Shown here one piece after another: positions 57,487 through 64,000 of a stretch of DNA of 64,000 nt; positions within the stretch are counted from its first letter, which is position 1, and each line of letters starts with the position of its first letter. The notes under the pieces are model-generated. The model made no database searches. It was given only the letters and a program-made list of their open reading frames with translations, and had not been told where the DNA came from. The stretch comes from Ruminococcus sp. (GTDB lineage Bacteria; Bacillota; Clostridia; Oscillospirales; Ruminococcaceae): assembly GCA_045641105.1 (NCBI GenBank), contig JAZUGG010000121.1:3670-67669 (forward strand), written 5' to 3'. The position numbers and the translations under genes are program-made.

Positions 57487-59846
57487 GAAAGCCACGCCTC
57501 CTTTCCGAGCGAAGTGCATATATCGGCATCGATTTTTTCTCCGAAAGCGAAAAGTTTTTCATCGATACCTTTTTTATGAAGAATGTCATTTTTATCAGAA
57601 TTGTTGATCTTTGCCGCAGATTCGGCAATTGTCTGTATTTCATCAGGCGTGAAATAACCGAATGCAAGGCGCATTGACGGGAGAATATCCATAAAATCAT
57701 CATATTCCATTTCCGTGATGAGCGTATCGGTCATATTCATAAATGTATCATCAGCGAGAACAATATCCCTTGCCGAACTGAAAAGTCCACGCAGATATTC
57801 AGCACCAAGCTTTTTTATTTCAGGTGTACCTTTCAGGAAACCTGCCATAGCGTTTTCAGCATCACTTCGTCTGTCGGGATCAATTGCGCATAGAATGCCC
57901 ATAGCAGAGCCGAAAATTGACGGTTCTTTTTCTGCTGTTTCAACAAGAGTGAGGAGAGACTGTTCAAAAACGCCGAGTTTTTCAGGAAGTATTCTTGAAG
58001 CAACGGAGAACATCTCACGCATGATATCAGTGCATTTGTCAGCAACGTCACATGGTGCATCTGCCATTGACGGCAGGGAAGAAATGAGTTTATCGTAACA
58101 GCGTTCAATGTAATTGAGTGAGCTTGCATCATCAAAGCTGTAAAGCTGACGGAGACTGTGAAGAATCTCAAATTTATGAAGTGCTCTGCCGACAGAGAAG
58201 AAATCGCCGTCATTAGTCAGAATCAAATCAAGCTGTTCATATTCTGATACACTGAGCGGGATACCCATAAGAAAGCAGTCAACAGCGATATCTGCGGCAT
58301 TGTCACAGCGGCGTTCAGCCTTCATTTTCTTTGCCGCAAATGATGAACAGGCTTCCTCAATAGTGAAACCGTCTGTCATATGGTCAATAAGAGCGGCATC
58401 GACATTAGGTGTGCGTCTGTAACTCCATTCCTCATGAACACGGCTTCTGTCCTTATTATTGCGCAGATCAGGACCTTTTTTGCGCTTTGCAAAATCCGTA
58501 TCAAGAAAAATCATTCTATGCAGAAAACGGCTCTGCTCTATGCCTTTCTGAGTTGTGAACAGTGGAACGTCAAGCGTTTTCGGCACAACTGATGTATATT
58601 TGATGCCAAGCTTGTCACACTGTTTTTCAAAGTCGGTTATAAGTGGCGGAATATGCTGTTTATCGCCGATTTTTCCGACAGCTTCACCTGTAGCGATAGT
58701 TTTGAGTATATCAAGGGGCATAGCTGATGAAACTGTTTTTTCGCCCTTGATAAAAGTGCTTGTGATGCCGTCAATAAGTTCAAACATACCGCATTCAGGG
58801 GAATTTCTGAGGGCGGCAAGTCCCTGCATAAGACTTAAAGCCGATGTGACATCAGCGGTAGAAACAGCAATATCCTTTTTTGCAGATGCTTTTGATGTTT
58901 TCACAAGAAGGTCGAGAGTAAGGTCATTGTAGACATTTTCCGGACTATCGTTTTCAGCAAGTTTTTTTGAAATTGAGTCATAGAAAAAAGGGTAGCTCAT
59001 GCCTGATGCATAGCCGTGCAGAGCATCAGCGGCTTCATATGAATAAGCCATTGGATAGCTTCCCTGCAAATTATCCGGAATCTTATGGAGTTTAGGCGCT
59101 TTGAAGCTTTTGTTCTGCAACAGGGTATATAAACCGATACTGTGGAAACCTCCTGTAACGACGAGAACTTTTCCGAACTGCTCCATAGCCTCGGAGATAC
59201 GAACAGCCATGTGATTTTCACGAACGTTCGTACCGTCAGCATCAAGTTCTTCATCAGGAACGTCCTGACGTGAAAGGATGCAGTATGTATGCATCTGCTT
59301 TATAAAATCCTGAGGACTCAGGCGGAGTCCCTGAATTTCAAAGTATTTCTCCCAGAATTCCTCAAAACAGCGCAGACCTGTTTTCTCGCAGATTTTTTTG
59401 TAGAACTGACTTCGGATAAGTCCTGAATCATCAGCATATGAATGTCTTTCGGCATTTTTGCGCAGACCTTTGCCACTTGATGTGCTTATGAGAATCTCAC
59501 AGTAGGGAAGATCGATGAATTTTGCAGGTATACCCAGCTTTTTTGCTTCGTTTGCGGCATTATACTCAGGTGAGGAACTGAGAAACGGATAGTAGCATTT
59601 ATAGTCGCCGCCCTCATCGCTTATGAGTTTTTTTGTATCCTTATAGAAGTAATACAGGGCGGCAGGAAGTTCAGTTTCCTCATGAGTAAGCGACGGAATA
59701 AGTTCATTTGCATTTTCGGGGCCTTCTATGAGAATAATCTCAGGCTTGTATTCATTTATTGTCCTGACAAGCTGAAAAGAGCATACAGGGCTGTGATGCC
59801 TTACAGGAAAAAGCAGAAGCGGCTGGTCAAAACTGCATGGGATCAT
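57483..59846 (-). CDS. DUF5682 protein (YehM-like)
   Basis: PVRHHSP, IEGP, LPAAL, YYPF..SSPEY.A, FIDLP, F.EFWE..FE, RE..M, VTGGFH, SGM..P; ATGA overlap with the ATPase stop gives the start at 59846. Confidence 0.85.
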   Translation of the reverse strand: MIPCSFDQPLLLFPVRHHSPVCSFQLVRTINEYKPEIILIEGPENANELIPSLTHEETELPAALYYFYKDTKKLISDEGGDYKCYYPFLSSSPEYNAANEAKKLGIPAKFIDLPYCEILISTSSGKGLRKNAERHSYADDSGLIRSQFYKKICEKTGLRCFEEFWEKYFEIQGLRLSPQDFIKQMHTYCILSRQDVPDEELDADGTNVRENHMAVRISEAMEQFGKVLVVTGGFHSIGLYTLLQNKSFKAPKLHKIPDNLQGSYPMAYSYEAADALHGYASGMSYPFFYDSISKKLAENDSPENVYNDLTLDLLVKTSKASAKKDIAVSTADVTSALSLMQGLAALRNSPECGMFELIDGITSTFIKGEKTVSSAMPLDILKTIATGEAVGKIGDKQHIPPLITDFEKQCDKLGIKYTSVVPKTLDVPLFTTQKGIEQSRFLHRMIFLDTDFAKRKKGPDLRNNKDRSRVHEEWSYRRTPNVDAALIDHMTDGFTIEEACSSFAAKKMKAERRCDNAADIAVDCFLMGIPLSVSEYEQLDLILTNDGDFFSVGRALHKFEILHSLRQLYSFDDASSLNYIERCYDKLISSLPSMADAPCDVADKCTDIMREMFSVASRILPEKLGVFEQSLLTLVETAEKEPSIFGSAMGILCAIDPDRRSDAENAMAGFLKGTPEIKKLGAEYLRGLFSSARDIVLADDTFMNMTDTLITEMEYDDFMDILPSMRLAFGYFTPDEIQTIAESAAKINNSDKNDILHKKGIDEKLFAFGEKIDADICTSLGKEAWLS

Positions 59847-60952
59847 TTCAGAAGCTTTGCTGTCTCTGAATATTCTTTCCATAATCCACCAACCTTAGCA
59901 CTTTTTTCTTTGACGGCTGTTCTGAAATAGCCCTTTAGTTTTTCAAGGTCATTTTTATTCTCCTTGCAGACTGCGCCGAGGAGATTTTCGGTGAGAATGC
60001 CGATATCGGTCTTACCGTTTCCATAGTACCATGAATGGCTGATAGTCTGGTAGAAAACTGAAACGGCTTCGGCGGTACTCATAACAGCGGAGGGCTTTTC
60101 TACTATAGTACCCTCTGCGGTCACGCCCTCACGCAGTTCATGGTAAGTCACTGCAAGAAGTTCAGCGGCATCTGTATCAACAGGCATATCAATATGACCT
60201 GCGGCGGCGAGATTTTCAGCTTCACGTACAATAATAGCCTTTTCAAGACGAACATCTCTTACAGGCTCAACTGTTTCAAAATTGAAACGACGCTTCAGAG
60301 CGCCTGACATTTCGTTTACGCCTTTGTCTCTTGTATTTGCAGTACCGATTATATTGAATCCGGGACGGGCAAAAACAAGACCGTCATCACCGAGTTCAGG
60401 AATATTTAGTATCTGGTCACTCATGACGGAGATAAGGCTGTCCTGAATTTCGGCAGGAGTACGTGTGATTTCCTCAAAACGTGCGAAAATGCCCTGTTCC
60501 ATTCCGACAAGAAGCGGAGCGGGGACAAGTGCCTCACGGCACGGACCTTTTGAGAGCAGAAGGGCATAGTTCCAGCTGTATTTTATCATGTCCTCGGTAG
60601 TGCCTGCCGTGCCCTGAACGGTATTCGTGCTTGAACCGCAGCAAGCGGCTGAGAGAAGTTCCGAGAGCATGGTTTTAGCAGTACCCGGTTCACCAACGAG
60701 CATAAGTCCACGGTTTCCGGCAAGGGTGATTATGCATCTTTCAACAAGAGCATCATTTCCATAAAATTTTTTCGGGATATCAACGGTGCCGTCGGGAGTC
60801 TGAACTTTTCCGCCAAGAATGAATGTCCTGACTGCTTTAGGTGAAAGTTTCCAGTTCTGCGGCTTTTTGTTGTCATTATCAGCTGATCTGAGTGCTTCAA
60901 GTTCATCAGCATAGCGTATTTCTACAGGTGGTTTAATAAGTTTTTGTTCCAT
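59843..60952 (-). CDS. MoxR-type AAA+ ATPase (YehL-like)
   Basis: Walker A GEPGTAKT, Walker B region ARFEEITR, YSWNYA, TANTRDKGVNEMSGALKRRFNFE, STAEAV. Confidence 0.9.
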   Translation of the reverse strand: MEQKLIKPPVEIRYADELEALRSADNDNKKPQNWKLSPKAVRTFILGGKVQTPDGTVDIPKKFYGNDALVERCIITLAGNRGLMLVGEPGTAKTMLSELLSAACCGSSTNTVQGTAGTTEDMIKYSWNYALLLSKGPCREALVPAPLLVGMEQGIFARFEEITRTPAEIQDSLISVMSDQILNIPELGDDGLVFARPGFNIIGTANTRDKGVNEMSGALKRRFNFETVEPVRDVRLEKAIIVREAENLAAAGHIDMPVDTDAAELLAVTYHELREGVTAEGTIVEKPSAVMSTAEAVSVFYQTISHSWYYGNGKTDIGILTENLLGAVCKENKNDLEKLKGYFRTAVKEKSAKVGGLWKEYSETAKLLK

Positions 60953-61009
60953 AATTATCGTCCTTTCGGCAATATAAAATATATAGTAAAAACATCAGAA
61001 TTTTGCTTA

Positions 61010-61038
61010 ATTATACCATATTTTTGTAACTTAGTCAA
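61010..61038 (-). promoter_or_regulatory. sigmaA promoter for the MoxR-VWA operon
   Basis: TTGACT-17 bp-TATAAT on the minus strand. Confidence 0.75.
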
Positions 61039-61220
61039 GAATAAAATAAATGAAATGCACAGAAACAGGAAAAATAATGCGTTGATCGACTTCTTGTGGA
61101 ATGCGGTGTATAATATGTTATCAAGGCAGTTTTCATAAAAAAAGAAATACAGCATGACCGTGCTCTGTCATGCTGTATTTCCATTAAAGAGGTATAATTA
61201 GAAGAAGTAGAATGCGTAAT

Positions 61221-61526
61221 TTAGCGAGACTCGGTCTGACGACTCATCATAAGGACTATTTCCAACTTTATCTGACGAATGCAGATAGTAGCGTGCTTAA
61301 CGACGAGTATCATGATAACTGCTGCTGCAATTCTTATCGGATCTGATGCTGTAAGTACTAATGCGGCGAAATCTGCGACTAATGCAACGATGATTCCCAC
61401 CATCATTCCGACGGCTGGCAGTGGAAGCTTTTGTGATTGATAGTATGCTCCCAGCGGCAGTATTATCAGCTTGTTGACTATCACAAAACCGATAAAGCTA
61501 ATGAGTGTAAGTGCTATTTTCAACAT
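61221..61526 (-). CDS. Small hypothetical membrane protein
   Basis: 101 aa, three hydrophobic segments, RBS GAGGGGG; terminator AAATACAGCATGAC/GTCATGCTGTATTT at ~61145-61180. Confidence 0.6.
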   Translation of the reverse strand: MLKIALTLISFIGFVIVNKLIILPLGAYYQSQKLPLPAVGMMVGIIVALVADFAALVLTASDPIRIAAAVIMILVVKHATICIRQIKLEIVLMMSRQTESR

Positions 61527-61939
61527 ATGAATGCCCCCTCATACGATGTTGTTGATATTGTTTATATGCGGATGGTTCATGTTTTCTTTTTCTATGTACA
61601 TTATACCACAAGTATCACCAAAATGCAAGTTTTTTTATGAAAATTTCTTGTTTTTTCCGTATTTCACAAACATATAGCCGCTTATTGTACATAATTACGT
61701 AAAATGAATTATCATATTGTGATAATTCAAAGCAAGTATACATAATGTTGATATTCTGAATATGTTCTGATAAGCTGATTTCAGGCATAATTACGGAGAT
61801 AACAGCATCATTAACAAAATTAATTTGAATTTTTGTAATTATATACAGTTTTTTTATGAAAGCATTGACCTTTTCTTTTTTTATGTGTATAATAAAAATA
61901 ATTGATGCACATATAAATTTTTATAAAAGGAGAAATATC

Positions 61940-62863
61940 ATGATACAGTGTAATATTTGCAATTCCGTTATTAAAGATGGCTCGTCTTTTTGTCCTAACT
62001 GCGGCAACAGAGTTGCAGTCAATGTTCAGCAGCAGCCAATGAATCAATCAATGAATGTGCCAATGAATGGTCCGATGGGTGGAACAATGGGCGGACAAGG
62101 AGATACGAATATCGCTAATCTCGAAAATGAAAACCGCAAAATCGTAAATACAATGGGTGCTTTCAGTGTCCTTGAACATATGAAAGATCTCAGCGTAAAC
62201 TCATTAACTGCTCAGAATGAATATTTTATGAGCAAAATGAATGTAAGACGCAGACAGGTTATCGTTATGCTTGATGGCAGTAATTCTGCGGTACTGCAAG
62301 CCGGCGCAATGCAATGGACAGCCGGAAATATCCAGTGTGAAACAGGTGTAAAGGGCGTAGGAGATTTTGTTGGCAAGATGTTCAAGGGCGCAGCGACAAA
62401 AGAGAGTGCTGTTAAGCCTATTTACAGAGGCAACGGAATACTTATGCTTGAACCTACATATAAACATATTATTTTGATTGATGTTGCACAGTGGGGCGCA
62501 GGCATAGTTCTTGAAGACGGAATGTTCCTTGCCTGTGACGGTACAGTAAATCAAAAAGTTATTTCAAGAGCAAACGTTTCATCCGCACTTTTAGGCGGAG
62601 AAGGTCTGTTCAATCTCTGTCTCAGCGGTCAGGGCATTGCCGCTCTTGAAAGCAATGTTCCTCTTGACGAACTTATTGAGATAGACATCCATGGTGAAGA
62701 ATTGAAAATTGATGGAAATATGGCAGTATGCTGGTCATCAAGCCTTAATTTCACAGTTGAGAAATCAACGAAGTCTCTCCTCGGTTCAGCAGTCAGCGGC
62801 GAAGGACTGGTAAATGTATACAGAGGAACAGGAAAAGTTCTTATGGCTCCGATTCCAAGATAA
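61940..62863 (+). CDS. AIM24-family protein with N-terminal zinc ribbon
   Basis: CNIC...FCPNCG, Met/Asn/Gln/Pro linker, GAMQW, GEGLF, KIDG...VCWS, SGEGLVNVYRGTGKVL; RBS AAAGGAG. Confidence 0.85.
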   Translation: MIQCNICNSVIKDGSSFCPNCGNRVAVNVQQQPMNQSMNVPMNGPMGGTMGGQGDTNIANLENENRKIVNTMGAFSVLEHMKDLSVNSLTAQNEYFMSKMNVRRRQVIVMLDGSNSAVLQAGAMQWTAGNIQCETGVKGVGDFVGKMFKGAATKESAVKPIYRGNGILMLEPTYKHIILIDVAQWGAGIVLEDGMFLACDGTVNQKVISRANVSSALLGGEGLFNLCLSGQGIAALESNVPLDELIEIDIHGEELKIDGNMAVCWSSSLNFTVEKSTKSLLGSAVSGEGLVNVYRGTGKVLMAPIPR

Positions 62864-62872
62864 CATAATTAA

Positions 62873-62918
62873 CAAGGTCATCAGAGATGCCGTCTAAAGC
62901 ACTTCTGATGACCTTGAT
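62873..62918 (+). terminator. Terminator after the AIM24 gene
   Basis: CAAGGTCATCAGA-loop-TCTGATGACCTTG followed by ATTTT. Confidence 0.75.
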
Positions 62919-63035
62919 TTTATTTCACGAAAAATTTAGTCGGATATTATTGTGTGAAACCGCTTGATTAATCTGTTGATATGTGATATAATATGTATAA
63001 TTTGAAGTGAAATATTAACTAAGGAGCAATTAACT

Positions 63036-64000
63036 ATGATAAATTATAATTATCTTAACAGCCTTCCGCATGGAGAGGACAGACTTGCATACCTGAAAAA
63101 AGCCATTGCTGAATCTGATAACGAAAAAAATATCAAGGACATGATGTGGGCAAGATACTACTATATAAAAGAGTCAGTTTTTTACGGCGATACTTTTAAA
63201 GGACTGCTTACATTTCCAGAATTAAAAAAGCTGTATGAGGAAAATCCCGATGTAATGCCAGCAGACAGTTTTGTATACCCGTTTAAGTGGATAGTTGAGG
63301 ACAGCCCCTATTATTATCAGATATCAAAGGAACAGATCGATAAGTATCTTGACAGCTACAAGGAATTTCTGCTGAAAAACGGTGAAACTCTGAGGTCATA
63401 TTATCTGAAAAAATGCGGAGCATACCAGTCGATAGACTGCCAACAGGCTTATAAAGACTGGTTTGAACTGGAGAAGTATGAGCATTCGGAAATGGATGAC
63501 GGCGAGATATATGAAAAAAGCGAACTTATTCACCTTGAAACTATGCTTGGTTTGCCTGAAAAAGCAATATCAATGCTGAATGAACTGCTTGACAAGGGAT
63601 ACGGATATGATGATTTTCCGCCTCAGCTTTTTGGTGATATGGCATATGATCTTGCAAAGCACGGAATGTTTGATGAAGCAGATCATTATTCAAACCTTAT
63701 GATGTTCTATATCGGCGATAATGTGGTACAGTCAATGAAGCAGTGTGCATATACCATTGCATTCAAACAGATTACTTCTCCTGCATATGCATATCAGCTT
63801 TTCTGCAAGTGCATGAATGAATGGATAAAGCTGAAAAATCCGTCATATAAGTTCCATTTTGCAAATGCAGCACACAGACTTATGAAGAAAATGAGCAGTG
63901 ACGGTACGAAAGAAATCGAACTTAGTCTCATTTCTGATTTTGAACTTTATAGTCAGAACGGAATTTACCGTACTGATGAACTTGCAGAGTATTTCGGCAG
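63036..64000 (+). CDS. Helical (TPR-like) hypothetical protein, truncated by the window end
   Basis: Promoter TTGATT-17-TATAAT at 62964-62992, RBS AAGGAG, reading MINYNYLNSLPHGEDRLAYLKKAIAESD...; missing from the ORF track because no stop lies in the window. Confidence 0.7.
   Translation, partial: MINYNYLNSLPHGEDRLAYLKKAIAESDNEKNIKDMMWARYYYIKESVFYGDTFKGLLTFPELKKLYEENPDVMPADSFVYPFKWIVEDSPYYYQISKEQIDKYLDSYKEFLLKNGETLRSYYLKKCGAYQSIDCQQAYKDWFELEKYEHSEMDDGEIYEKSELIHLETMLGLPEKAISMLNELLDKGYGYDDFPPQLFGDMAYDLAKHGMFDEADHYSNLMMFYIGDNVVQSMKQCAYTIAFKQITSPAYAYQLFCKCMNEWIKLKNPSYKFHFANAAHRLMKKMSSDGTKEIELSLISDFELYSQNGIYRTDELAEYFG

Noticed and set aside
61856-61939. Upstream extensions given by the ORF track (also thiT, mnmA, tmcAL, VWA, DUF5682 and others)
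   Set aside because: Downstream starts have clear RBSs or ATGA coupling, so the longer N-termini were trimmed.
1-64000. rRNA, tRNA, integrase, transposase or phage genes
   Set aside because: None recognised; the MITE-like elements have no autonomous partner inside this window.

Overview
Firmicute chromosomal DNA that looks like a cellulosome-producing Ruminococcus (dockerin-bearing CAZymes, sigmaA-type promoters, GGAGG RBSs). I found no rRNA, tRNA, CRISPR array, prophage or transposase. In order, the window holds: a TPP-riboswitch-controlled thiT; a TIM-barrel/acyl-CoA synthetase fusion; an RNA-modification run (rsmI, TrmN6-like, mnmA, tmcAL); ackA; pdp; three dockerin proteins (GH11-GH10, BspA-type LRR, GH43-CBM13); scattered immunity-type genes; a DAHP synthase; a diguanylate cyclase; an ECF sigma/anti-sigma/lipoprotein trio; tatD plus a NarL-type two-component system with an ABC exporter; a P1B ATPase; an LRR surface protein followed by an unannotated 37-aa ORF; SulP; and a five-gene MoxR-AAA/DUF5682/VWA/SWIM/DUF4132 (yehLMPQ-molR-like) operon. 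The strongest leads are: (1) three ~158-bp non-coding palindromic elements, two of them 89% identical with 4-bp target duplications and a third with unrelated ends but the same 52-nt structured core, lying in a predicted 5' UTR; (2) an intact GH11-GH10-dockerin gene with expression signals, in which both modules have lost catalytic residues; (3) the functionally unassigned MoxR-VWA operon; (4) the small YxKPEL peptide. Protein family calls come from motif recognition by eye, not database searches.
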